DNA of 64,000 nucleotides from Alphaproteobacteria bacterium. GTDB taxonomy: Bacteria > Pseudomonadota > Alphaproteobacteria > CADEGL01. Below the pieces are notes generated by a model, which was given only the letters and a program-made list of their open reading frames with translations, did not search any database and had not been told where the DNA came from. Positions 55,766 to 64,000 of the stretch are shown here, piece after piece. Location of the stretch: positions 19,809 through 83,808 of the forward strand of contig JAXMCE010000001.1 in NCBI GenBank assembly GCA_046349515.1. Direction: 5' to 3'. The position numbers and the translations under genes are program-made. Each line of letters starts with the position of its first letter. The first letter of the stretch is position 1.

Positions 55766-57886
55766 GTGGCCGGCCGCTGGCTTCGCTCCTGGACGAACGC
55801 CGCTTTCGCGATCGCGCTCGGCCTTTTCATCGTGAGCCTCGGGATCGCGACGCACCGGCTCGTCAAAGTCGAACAGACGATGCGCGAGGATTTGAGCGAC
55901 AATCTGCTCTGGCACGTCAGCCAGTCGCAGCTCGAAGTCACCCGCCTCGCCGACGCGCTGCACCGCCTGGCCGTGAACGAGCCGGCGCCGGGCCTTCTCT
56001 TGGAACGCTACGAGGTCGCCGCGCGGCGCGTGCGCGCGTTCGCCGACGGCCGCCTTCGCGAACGGCTCGAACACTTCGGCGGCATCGTCGCCATGCTGCC
56101 GGAAGGCGCTGAGACGCTCGAGCGCCTCGCCCCCGCCTTCGACGCGATTGCCGCGGGCGACCGATCGCAGATGGGCGACGTCCTCGCCGTCGTCGATCCC
56201 CTGGTCCTGCAGCTCCGCCTGGTCGCCAACACGGTGCTCCAGGACGAACGCGACAGGGACCGCGCGTTTCGCGACGAGCGGCAGGTGGCGCAACTCTGGT
56301 TCCTCACGTCCATGCTCGGCGTCATCCTGTGCGGCGCGTGGCTGATCGCGAGCCTCTCGAGAGCGTTGAGGCGAAGCCGCGCCCTCAGCGCGCAGGCCGC
56401 CGCCGCCGAGAGCGCCGCGCGCCAGAGCGCCGAGCGCTTCCGCGACATCGTGGACGCGGCCTCCGACTGGATCTGGGAGACCGACGCGGAACACCGCTTC
56501 AGCTTCCTCTCCTACCACCTCCAGGAGCTTTCGGGCGAGCGGCCGGCGGAGATCATCGGCAAGAACCGCTTCGATCTCTACGCGGGCGCCGACGAAATGG
56601 GCCTTTGGGCGCGCCATCGTCAGGAGCTCGCGGCGCACAAGCCGTTTCGCGATTTCGTCTTCCCCCACTACGACGCGCGGCACCGCCTTCGTTACGCGCG
56701 GGTCCACGGCAAGCCGGTCTTCGCGGCCGACGGCACCTTCCAAGGCTACCGCGGCACCGGGCGAGACATCACGCCCGAGATCGAATCGGCACGCGCGCTC
56801 GAGGAGAACCGCAATCTTCTCCAGACCGTCATCGACGGCGTCCCCGCCATCATCAACGTCAAGGACACGGATGGACGTTACGTCTTCATCAATCGATACC
56901 AAGGCCAGGTCTTCGGCGTCGAGCCGGAAAAGGCCGTCGGCCTCTCGACAGGCGAGGTCCTGGGCGACGAATTGACACCGTTCTACGCGGCCCTCGACCG
57001 GCAGGTCGCCGAGACGGGCATCGCCGTTCCCTTCACCGAGCGGACCTTCGGCGGCGCCGGCACGTCGCCCGAGACCACCTGGCTCCACTCGAAGCAACCC
57101 ATCAAAGATCCGGATGGTCGAACGAAGTTCATTTTGACCGTCGGCCTCGACATCACCGAGCTCAAGAAGGCCGAGCGGGCGCGCACCAACCTGTCGCGCC
57201 ACTTCTCGCCCAACATGGTCGACGAGCTCATCGGCATGGATTCGTCTCTCGAACGCATCCGCTCGCAGAACGTGGCCGCCCTCTTCATCGATATGGTCGG
57301 CTTCACCGAGATGTGCATCGCGCTACCGGCGGTCGAGGCCTTCAACGTGCTGCGTGACTACCATGCGCGGATCTCGTCAGTGGTGCTCGCCCATGACGGC
57401 ACGATCGACAAGTACATGGGCGACGGCATCATGGCGACCTTCGGCACGCCCCAGATGGGCCCGCAGGACGCGACAAACGCGCTTCGCTGCGCGCGCGAGA
57501 TGCTGCGCGTCATCGACGCCTGGAACGCCGAGCGCATCGCGCGCCGGGAGTTCACGGTCGAGGCCGGAATCGGCATCCACTACGGTCCCGTGCTCATGGG
57601 TCTCGTCGGCGACGAGCGGCGCGTCGAGTTCGCGGTCGTGGGCGACACGATCAACATCGCGAGCCGTCTCGAGGACATGACCCGGGTCCGTGGCGTGAGC
57701 CTCGTCACGAGCGAGGAGTTCGTCGCCAAGGTTGTCGCGGAAAACGTGGCGGCGCCCGCCGATCTCGCCGGCCTGGCGCCCGCCGGCCGCGAGGTCCTGC
57801 GCGGCCGGAAGACCTCGACCGCGATCTGGACTCTTACCGCATCGGCGCGTGCGGAGTTGTCGCGCGCCGTCTCCGCGGCCGATTGA
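55766..57886 (+). CDS. Membrane sensor - PAS - class III adenylate/guanylate cyclase
   Basis: 706 aa. GTG start with a GGAGG Shine-Dalgarno. Two N-terminal hydrophobic spans bracket ~160 aa. PAS-like regions follow (RFRDIVDAASDWIWETD, NLLQTVIDGVPAIINVKD). The cyclase core has ALFIDMVGFTE, KYMGDGIMATFG and VVGDTINIASRLE. Confidence 0.85.
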   Translation: MAGRWLRSWTNAAFAIALGLFIVSLGIATHRLVKVEQTMREDLSDNLLWHVSQSQLEVTRLADALHRLAVNEPAPGLLLERYEVAARRVRAFADGRLRERLEHFGGIVAMLPEGAETLERLAPAFDAIAAGDRSQMGDVLAVVDPLVLQLRLVANTVLQDERDRDRAFRDERQVAQLWFLTSMLGVILCGAWLIASLSRALRRSRALSAQAAAAESAARQSAERFRDIVDAASDWIWETDAEHRFSFLSYHLQELSGERPAEIIGKNRFDLYAGADEMGLWARHRQELAAHKPFRDFVFPHYDARHRLRYARVHGKPVFAADGTFQGYRGTGRDITPEIESARALEENRNLLQTVIDGVPAIINVKDTDGRYVFINRYQGQVFGVEPEKAVGLSTGEVLGDELTPFYAALDRQVAETGIAVPFTERTFGGAGTSPETTWLHSKQPIKDPDGRTKFILTVGLDITELKKAERARTNLSRHFSPNMVDELIGMDSSLERIRSQNVAALFIDMVGFTEMCIALPAVEAFNVLRDYHARISSVVLAHDGTIDKYMGDGIMATFGTPQMGPQDATNALRCAREMLRVIDAWNAERIARREFTVEAGIGIHYGPVLMGLVGDERRVEFAVVGDTINIASRLEDMTRVRGVSLVTSEEFVAKVVAENVAAPADLAGLAPAGREVLRGRKTSTAIWTLTASARAELSRAVSAAD

Positions 57887-57902
57887 GTACGGAGGACGCT
57901 GC

Positions 57903-59084
57903 ATGAGCACTCTCACTCATTTCGATAGGGCCGAGTTCGGAAGGCGCCTCGCGCTTGTCCGCGCCCGCATGGCCGAGCGCGGCGTCGACCTCCTGGTCGA
58001 GGCCGATCCCGCCAACATGTACTACCTCACCGGTTATGACGGCTGGAGCTTCTATGTGCCCCAGGTCGTGCTCGTCCCCGTCGAGGATCGTGCACCGCTT
58101 TGGATCGGGCGCGGCGTCGATCTCGGGGGTGCGAAGCTCACCTGTTGGATGGGCGAGGACTGCCTTCTCTCCTATCCCGAAGTCATGGTGCAGCACCCGG
58201 CCATGCACCCGATGGAATTTGTCGCGGCCGAGATCGAACGGCGCGGTTGGGCGAAGGCGCGCATCGGCATCGCCAATGACTGCTTCTACTACACGCCGCG
58301 CGCCGATGACGCGTTGAAATCGTCGCTTCCCAACGCGCGCTTCGTCGAGGTCGATCTGCTCGTGAACTGGGTGCGGCTCGTCAAGTCGGAGGCCGAGATC
58401 GCGAAGATGCGCGAGGCCGGCCAGATCACGAACCGCATCTTCGAGACCTTCTACCGCGTGGTGCGCCCGGGCGTGCGCCAGTGCGACGTGGCGGCCGAGA
58501 TCCGCAAGGCCCAGACGGCCGGCACGCCCGCCTTCGGCGGCGACTATTCCGCCTCCATGCCGTTCCTGCCCATCGGCGAGCAGACGACGGCCTCGCACCT
58601 CACCTGGACCGACCAGGTGATCGCGGCCGACGAGACGACCTATCTCGAATGCGCGGCCGTCCGCCATCGCTACCACGCGCCGCTCGCGCGCACCGTCCAT
58701 CTGGGGAAGCCGCCGCAGGGGCTTCTCGACGTGAACAAGGCGGTGCTCGAGGCCATGGACGCCGCCTTCGAGCAGGTTCGGCCCGGCCGGACCTGCCACG
58801 ACGTCGAAGCCGCCTGGCGCGCCGCCCTCGCCCGCCACGGGCTCAAGAAGGAATCACGCATCGGCTATCCCATCGGCATCGGCTATCCGCCGACCTGGGG
58901 CGAGCGCACGGCGAGCTTGCGGAAGGACGACACGACGGTGCTCGAGCCCAATATGTGCTTCCACATGATCCTTGGCATGTGGATGGGCGACAGAGGCTTC
59001 GAGACGAGCGAGAGCTTTCGCGTGACCGACGAGGGCTACGAGTGCTTCTCCACGGTGCCGCGCGGGCTCCGGGCGATCGACTAG
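57903..59084 (+). CDS. M24-family hydrolase, ectoine-hydrolase (DoeA/EutD)-like, paralogue 1
   Basis: 393 aa from MSTLTHFDRAEF, preceded by a GGAGGA Shine-Dalgarno. The motifs are ones I associate with DoeA: LTGYDGWSFYV, GGDY, HLTWTD, RYHAPLAR and GYPIGIGYPPTWGE. Confidence 0.8.
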   Translation: MSTLTHFDRAEFGRRLALVRARMAERGVDLLVEADPANMYYLTGYDGWSFYVPQVVLVPVEDRAPLWIGRGVDLGGAKLTCWMGEDCLLSYPEVMVQHPAMHPMEFVAAEIERRGWAKARIGIANDCFYYTPRADDALKSSLPNARFVEVDLLVNWVRLVKSEAEIAKMREAGQITNRIFETFYRVVRPGVRQCDVAAEIRKAQTAGTPAFGGDYSASMPFLPIGEQTTASHLTWTDQVIAADETTYLECAAVRHRYHAPLARTVHLGKPPQGLLDVNKAVLEAMDAAFEQVRPGRTCHDVEAAWRAALARHGLKKESRIGYPIGIGYPPTWGERTASLRKDDTTVLEPNMCFHMILGMWMGDRGFETSESFRVTDEGYECFSTVPRGLRAID

Positions 59085-59106
59085 GCGGCTGGCAGACTCG
59101 CGCCCG

Positions 59107-59586
59107 TCAGCGCGCCTCGAACTCCGTCGCGAGCAGAAGAAGCTCGCCCTTCGCCGCACCAGCGAGCACGACGTAGAGGTCGACGGCGGCGCCCGGCTTG
59201 ACTTCGGCCTTGTAATCCTCGACGAGCTCGCGCTGCAACAGGACCCAATGAGTCTTCGCCCCCACCGCGATCTCGACTTCCCGTGTGTAGCGCGCGATGA
59301 AGGCCGGGAGCTGCGGGCTCATCCGGCCCCAAAGGGCCAGCAGCTCGCTGCTTCCGGGCGTGAGGTCGCGCATGGCGCCCGTCGAGCGAACGCTGATGCG
59401 GTATTTGAGGGCCGGCGGAAAAAGGCTGACATCGCCGTCCGGCTTCCCGGCGAGACCGTTCTCCGCGTAGATCGCGTCGTAATCGATCGGCCGGTAGGCG
59501 CTTTTGTCGACCTGTGCCAAGCCAGCCGCGGGAAGAGAAAGAAGACAGAGGGCAAGAAACCCTCCCACCATCCGCCGCCCGATCAT
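59107..59586 (-). CDS. Secreted hypothetical protein
   Basis: About 159 aa from MIGRRMVGGFLALCLLSLPAAGLA/QVD, which is a signal peptide. It sits on the opposite strand, inserted between DoeA-like paralogues 1 and 2. Confidence 0.5.
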   Translation of the reverse strand: MIGRRMVGGFLALCLLSLPAAGLAQVDKSAYRPIDYDAIYAENGLAGKPDGDVSLFPPALKYRISVRSTGAMRDLTPGSSELLALWGRMSPQLPAFIARYTREVEIAVGAKTHWVLLQRELVEDYKAEVKPGAAVDLYVVLAGAAKGELLLLATEFEAR

Positions 59587-59787
59587 GAGGCCATCCCCGA
59601 TCATGGCGCCGACCGAAATCCACCTGCGGCCCTGCCGCAAGCGGCCGAAAAGGAAGCACCGGCATTATGGCATGGCGCAGGCGCCCAAGGACACGAAGGC
59701 GAGATGCGAAGACCGCGTCGCATTGCGGATGTCCGTGGCCCTTGCTAGCGTGAAAACGGATCAGGGATGAAACGGGGGAGCCAACCG

Positions 59788-60963
59788 ATGCTGACGGTCT
59801 TCGACAAAGGGGAATTCGGCCAGCGCCTGGCCAAGGTGCGAAAGAGCATGGCCGAGAAAGGCATCGACATCCTCGTCGAGGCCGATCCCGCCAACATGTA
59901 CTACCTCACCGGCTACGACGGCTGGAGCTTCTACGTGCCGCAGATGGTGCTCGTCCCGCTCGAGGACAAGGAGCCCGTCTGGATCGGCCGCGGCGTCGAT
60001 CTCGGGGGTGCCAAGCTCACCTGCTGGATGAAGCCGGAGAACATCATCGCTTACCCCGAGGACACGGTGCAGCATCCGGTCAAGCACCCGATGCAGTTCG
60101 TGGCCCAGGAGATGGAACGGCGCGGCTGGGGCAAGAAGCGCGTCGGCGTCGCGTCCGACTGTCACTACTACACCCCGCGCGCGGACGACTCGCTCCGTGC
60201 GAGCCTGCCCAACGCCTCCTTCGTCACGGCCGACCTCCTCGTGAACTGGGTGCGGCTCATCAAGTCGGACGCCGAGGTCGCGATGATGCGCCAGGCAGCC
60301 AAGATCTCCGAGCGCATCGTCGAGACCTACTACACGGTGATGCGTCCCGGCACGCGCCAGTGCGACGCGGCGGCCGAGATCATCAAGACCGCGACGGGTG
60401 GCACCGCGGCGTTCGGCGGCGACTATCCGGCCATACAGCTCTTCATCCCGATCGGCGTGCAGACCCAAGCCTCTCACCTCACCTGGACCGATCAGGTGAT
60501 CGAACGCGACCAGACCACCTTCATCGAATGCTCGGGCGTGCGGCACCGCTACCACTCGCCGCTCGCGCGCTCGATCCACCTGGGCAAGCCGCCGCAGAAG
60601 CTCGTCGACACCAACAAGGCCGTGCTCGAAGGCATGGAGGTGGCGCTCGCCGAGGCGCGGCCCGGCAAGACCTGCCACGACGTCGCCGCCGCCTGGCAGA
60701 AAGTGCTCGACCGCTCCGGGCTCAAGAAGGAGTCGCGCATCGGTTACCCGACCGGGATCGGCTATCCGCCCGATTGGGGCGAGCACACGGCGAGCCTCCG
60801 CAAGGACGATCGGACCGTCCTCGTGCCCAACATGTGCTTCCACATGATCCTCGGCATGTGGATGGACGGCTGGGGGTTCGAAGCAAGCGAGACCTTCCGC
60901 ATCACCGAGAAAGGCGCGGAATGCTTCGCCAACGTCCCGCGCGGCTTGCGGGTGTCCGAGTAG
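59788..60963 (+). CDS. M24-family hydrolase, DoeA/EutD-like, paralogue 2
   Basis: 391 aa from MLTVFDKGEFGQ. The start was chosen by analogy with paralogue 3 and the shared GGGGGAG Shine-Dalgarno. Confidence 0.85.
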   Translation: MLTVFDKGEFGQRLAKVRKSMAEKGIDILVEADPANMYYLTGYDGWSFYVPQMVLVPLEDKEPVWIGRGVDLGGAKLTCWMKPENIIAYPEDTVQHPVKHPMQFVAQEMERRGWGKKRVGVASDCHYYTPRADDSLRASLPNASFVTADLLVNWVRLIKSDAEVAMMRQAAKISERIVETYYTVMRPGTRQCDAAAEIIKTATGGTAAFGGDYPAIQLFIPIGVQTQASHLTWTDQVIERDQTTFIECSGVRHRYHSPLARSIHLGKPPQKLVDTNKAVLEGMEVALAEARPGKTCHDVAAAWQKVLDRSGLKKESRIGYPTGIGYPPDWGEHTASLRKDDRTVLVPNMCFHMILGMWMDGWGFEASETFRITEKGAECFANVPRGLRVSE

Positions 60964-61136
60964 GCGCGCGATCCGCGCCCGTTCCTTCCGCCTGCCCTCG
61001 AGACGGCAGGCAGCCGGGGCGGGACGCGGCACGAAGGTGAAGGCGGCGCTGGATTGCCGGGCCATCCAGCGCTTGCTAGCCTGATTATTCCAGCGCGCGC
61101 AGCAAGGCGTCGCAACTGAGACGGGGGAGCCAAACG

Positions 61137-62312
61137 ATGCTGACGGTCTTCGACAAGGGAGAGTACGGCCAGCGCCTGGCCAAGGTGCGAAAGAGCATGG
61201 CCGAGAAGGGCGTCGACGTCCTCGTCGAAGCCGATCCCGCCAATATGTACTACCTCACCGGCTATGACGGCTGGAGCTTCTACGTGCCGCAGATGGTGCT
61301 CGTCCCGCTCGAGGACAAGGAGCCCGTCTGGATCGGCCGCGGCGTCGATTTCGGCGGCGCCAAGCTCACCTGCTGGATGAAGCCCGAGAACATCGTCGCC
61401 TATCCAGAGGACACGGTGCAGCATCCGGTGAAGCATCCGATGCAGTTCGTGGCCCAGGAGATGGAGCGTCGCGGCTGGGGCAAGAAGCGCATCGGTGTCG
61501 CGTCCGACTGCAACTACTACACGCCGCGTGCGGACGACGCTCTCCGCGCGAGCCTGCCCAACGCCAGCTACGTCACGGCTGACCTGCTCGTGAACTGGGT
61601 GCGGCTCGTGAAGTCGGACGCCGAGATCGCCAAGATGCGCGAGGCCGCGAAGATCACGGAGCGCATCGTCGACACGTTCTACACCGTGATGCGTCCCGGC
61701 ACGCGCCAGTGCGACGCGGCGGCCGAGATCATCAAGACCGCGACGAGCGGCACGAAGGACTATGGCGGCGATTATCCGGCGGCACAGGTCTTCATTCCGG
61801 TCGGCGTGCAGACCCAGGCTTCGCACCTCACCTGGACCGACCAGGTGATCGAACGCGACCAGACCACCTACATCGAATGCTCGGGCGTGCGGCACCGCTA
61901 TCACTCGCCGCTCGCGCGCTCGATCCATTTCGGCAAGCCGTCCCAGAAGCTCATCGACACCAACAAGGCCGTGCTCGAAGGCATGGAGGCGGCGCTCGAG
62001 CAGGCCCGGCCCGGCAAGACCTGCCACGACATCGCCGCCGCCTGGCAGAAGGTCCTCGACCGGGCGGGACTCAAGAAAGAGTCGCGCATCGGCTACCCGA
62101 CCGGTATCGGCTATCCGCCCGATTGGGGCGAGCATACGGCGAGCTTGCGGAAAGACGATCCGACCGTGCTCGTGCCCAACATGTGCTTCCACATGATCCT
62201 CGGCATGTGGATGGACGGCTGGGGATTCGAATCGAGCGAGACCTTCCGCATCACCGACAAAGGCGCCGAGTGCTTCGCCAACGTGCCGCGCGGGCTTCGC
62301 GTGATCGAGTGA
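61137..62312 (+). CDS. M24-family hydrolase, DoeA/EutD-like, paralogue 3
   Basis: 391 aa. By hand alignment it has ~36 substitutions and no indels against paralogue 2. Confidence 0.85.
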   Translation: MLTVFDKGEYGQRLAKVRKSMAEKGVDVLVEADPANMYYLTGYDGWSFYVPQMVLVPLEDKEPVWIGRGVDFGGAKLTCWMKPENIVAYPEDTVQHPVKHPMQFVAQEMERRGWGKKRIGVASDCNYYTPRADDALRASLPNASYVTADLLVNWVRLVKSDAEIAKMREAAKITERIVDTFYTVMRPGTRQCDAAAEIIKTATSGTKDYGGDYPAAQVFIPVGVQTQASHLTWTDQVIERDQTTYIECSGVRHRYHSPLARSIHFGKPSQKLIDTNKAVLEGMEAALEQARPGKTCHDIAAAWQKVLDRAGLKKESRIGYPTGIGYPPDWGEHTASLRKDDPTVLVPNMCFHMILGMWMDGWGFESSETFRITDKGAECFANVPRGLRVIE

Positions 62313-62376
62313 CGAGCGAGCCGCACAGCGTCTCGGCCTGATCGCCGCCGCGCGGGGGCAGCCCCCTCGCGCGGCG

Positions 62377-62907
62377 TTACGGCTTGGCTGAACGGATACG
62401 GATCAAGGAACCATCGACCGCGAAGGTGCCGTAGCCGCGGTGGTGGATGGTCTTCGGGTTCTTCTGCCTGGGGTCGATCCAGGCCTCGACGACTTCGAGG
62501 ATGAAGAGATTGCGGCTCTTCACCATGCGCCGGTCGACGACGCGGCATTCGAGGTTGGCGAAGCATTCCTCGATGAGCGGCGGCGCCACGTGCCCCGCCG
62601 CGCGCGCCGTCAGGTGGAAGGCCTTGAACTTGTCACGCGCGCGGCCCGATGCGTTGCCGACCTTGACGACCGTCGCCGCGAGCGTCCGCGCCGGAATTGC
62701 GATCACGCATTCGCCGGTCGCATTCAAGGCCGCGAAGCTGTGATTGGCCCCGCTCACGATGCAGGCGATCGTCGGCGGCTCGAACTCGACCATCATGTGC
62801 CAGGACATGGCCATGACGTTGGCCCGGCCCTTGTGCGCGGTCGTCAGCAGCACGACCGGCCCGGGCTCGATCAGCTGATAGACCTTGGAGAGTGGCAGGC
62901 GCTTCAT
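62377..62907 (-). CDS. Flavin reductase-like FMN-binding protein
   Basis: 176 aa from MKRLPLSKVYQLIEPGPVVLLTT. It contains NVMAMSWHMMV and ECFANLECRVV. Confidence 0.85.
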   Translation of the reverse strand: MKRLPLSKVYQLIEPGPVVLLTTAHKGRANVMAMSWHMMVEFEPPTIACIVSGANHSFAALNATGECVIAIPARTLAATVVKVGNASGRARDKFKAFHLTARAAGHVAPPLIEECFANLECRVVDRRMVKSRNLFILEVVEAWIDPRQKNPKTIHHRGYGTFAVDGSLIRIRSAKP

Positions 62908-62971
62908 CGGCCGAGAGCCGTCCCGTCGCCGAGATTGCACCATCGCGAACCTCCGTGAGGACGCCGGGCTC

Positions 62972-63055
62972 CTACTTCTCCTTCACCGCCTGCTCGAGCA
63001 CGGAGACAAATCGGTCCTCATCACGATCGTCGACCCAAGGTTGCAGCGTCATGCG
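62972..63055 (-). pseudogene. 3'-terminal fragment of a class-V-aminotransferase-like gene
   Basis: It translates to ...MTLQPWVDDRDEDRFVSVLEQAVKEK*. This parallels ...VTPHLWVSDRDEDRFVGVLEQAVKGR* of the gene ending at 63756. Nucleotide identity is about three-quarters by eye. Confidence 0.5.
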
Positions 63056-63071
63056 AAATGTCTCCCGCCAC

Positions 63072-63419
63072 CTAGTGACACATGATGCCGGAAGCGTAGA
63101 GGATCTTGATCGCCTCTACGTTGTCGGATCCGAAGATCGGCTGCTGATAAAGGAATTTGCCCCGGACCTCGGCCCGCGCCCGCTCCAGGCACTGCGGCTT
63201 GCCCCTGCCGCGCACCTCAACTTCCCCGCAAACCGGACCTGATTCAAGGAACAACCAATAATTGTCCTTCCCCTCGTCGTAGAAGACATGCTCGACGAGC
63301 CCCGTCATGGCCGTGACGGTGTCGTTCATCCTCTGACATGCCTCCTGTGCGTCCGCCGCAACTGGCGTGATGGCCAACCAAAGCGACGCAGCCACGGCAA
63401 ATCCCGTCATCGTCCTCAC
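63072..63419 (-). CDS. Small secreted protein, four Cys (hypothetical), lower GC
   Basis: 115 aa with a signal peptide (MRTMTGFAVAASLWLAITPVAADA/QE). GC content is visibly lower than in the flanks. Confidence 0.55.
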   Translation of the reverse strand: MRTMTGFAVAASLWLAITPVAADAQEACQRMNDTVTAMTGLVEHVFYDEGKDNYWLFLESGPVCGEVEVRGRGKPQCLERARAEVRGKFLYQQPIFGSDNVEAIKILYASGIMCH

Positions 63420-63639
63420 GGAGACCTCTTCAATACCGTCTGTGAAATCACGCTTTCATCGCTACACCAGCGCAGATGCGCGATGTTCGCTCGACGGAGA
63501 ATATTAGGATGCCAACCGGCATTCCGCGACATGGGGGCCCGTCCCAAGACATGCTCTTGTTGCAACGGCGCGTGCCAGGGGCGCATGTCCCGCGGATTCG
63601 GTTCCCGCTGTTCGCGTGACTGCACGCATTTCCGGAGCC

Positions 63640-63738
63640 GGTGCGGATCACCAATCCGTCAATTGCGAGGGTCCCGCGGCCGCAGTGGTGGACGGCCTTC
63701 GGGTTCTTCTCCTTGGGATCGTTCGAGGCCCCAACCGA
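63640..63738 (-). pseudogene. 3'-terminal remnant of a flavin-reductase paralogue
   Basis: It encodes ...DPKEKNPKAVHHCGRGTLAIDGLVIR..., compared with DPRQKNPKTIHHRGYGTFAVDGSLIR in the intact gene at 62377-62907. The N-terminal two-thirds is absent. Confidence 0.55.
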
Positions 63739-63755
63739 GGCCGCGAACGTCCCCG

Positions 63756-64000
63756 CTACCGCCCTTTCACCGCTTGCTCGAGGACGCCGACGAAGCGGTC
63801 CTCGTCGCGATCGCTCACCCAAAGATGCGGCGTCACGCGCACGGCCTCGCGTCCGCGCACGCTCACGTAAACCTTTTCCCTGGCAAGGCGCTGGGCAAGA
63901 CCATCAGGCACGCCGCCGGGGAAGCGCAAGCCGAGGTAGTGCCCTGCGCGCCGCTCGCGGGGAACGCTGCGCACCTGGAACGCACCGACGCGCTCGGCGA
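63756..64000 (-). CDS. C-terminal part of a class-V-aminotransferase-fold PLP enzyme (partial; continues beyond window)
   Basis: The frame is open to the window edge. The C-terminus (...LGLRFPGGVPDGLAQRLAREKVYVSVRGREAVRVTPHLWVSDRDEDRFVGVLEQAV) resembles class V aminotransferase tails (RVSPH...D.DRF). Confidence 0.5.
   Translation of the reverse strand, partial: AERVGAFQVRSVPRERRAGHYLGLRFPGGVPDGLAQRLAREKVYVSVRGREAVRVTPHLWVSDRDEDRFVGVLEQAVKGR

Overview
High-GC chromosomal segment, roughly two-thirds G+C by eye, with alphaproteobacterial hallmarks: hom-glpX-recJ-tRNA-Glu synteny, rplM-rpsI, argC, metY, a class I phaC and GC-rich REP-like hairpin repeats. It is densely coded, with about 60 credible genes. 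Most of the other long six-frame ORFs are antisense shadow ORFs typical of high-GC DNA. Housekeeping genes alternate with accessory catabolic and transport genes that often occur as tandem paralogues: three DoeA-like M24 hydrolases, two DUF2817/M14-like hydrolases, two maleate-isomerase/EutA-like proteins, three DMT transporters and two creatinase-fold M24 proteins. I found no integrase, transposase, prophage, CRISPR array or recognisable defence system. The best candidates for something undescribed are listed here. (1) A co-directional CoA-dependent oxygenase operon (13.4-19.2 kb) is headed by a PaaI-type hotdog thioesterase domain fused to a TetR regulator. (2) A cupredoxin-FTR1 iron-uptake locus has a permease ORF that runs in frame into an outer-membrane-barrel-like domain, with a G10/C10 tract just upstream of its promoter. 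(3) In a tandem pair of maleate-isomerase-fold genes, one copy has lost the second catalytic Cys (Cys to Gly). (4) A PAS/class III cyclase gene lies between a DUF2817 pair and a triplicated DoeA-like hydrolase array. Other observations are three frameshifts within 3.3 kb (one DMT gene, and a compensating pair in an acyl-CoA synthetase gene), an anticodon-less tRNA-Glu copy next to the intact tRNA-Glu, a decayed segmental duplication at the right end, and three REP/MITE-like repeat families. All functional calls rest on motif recognition from the translations. No database search was run.
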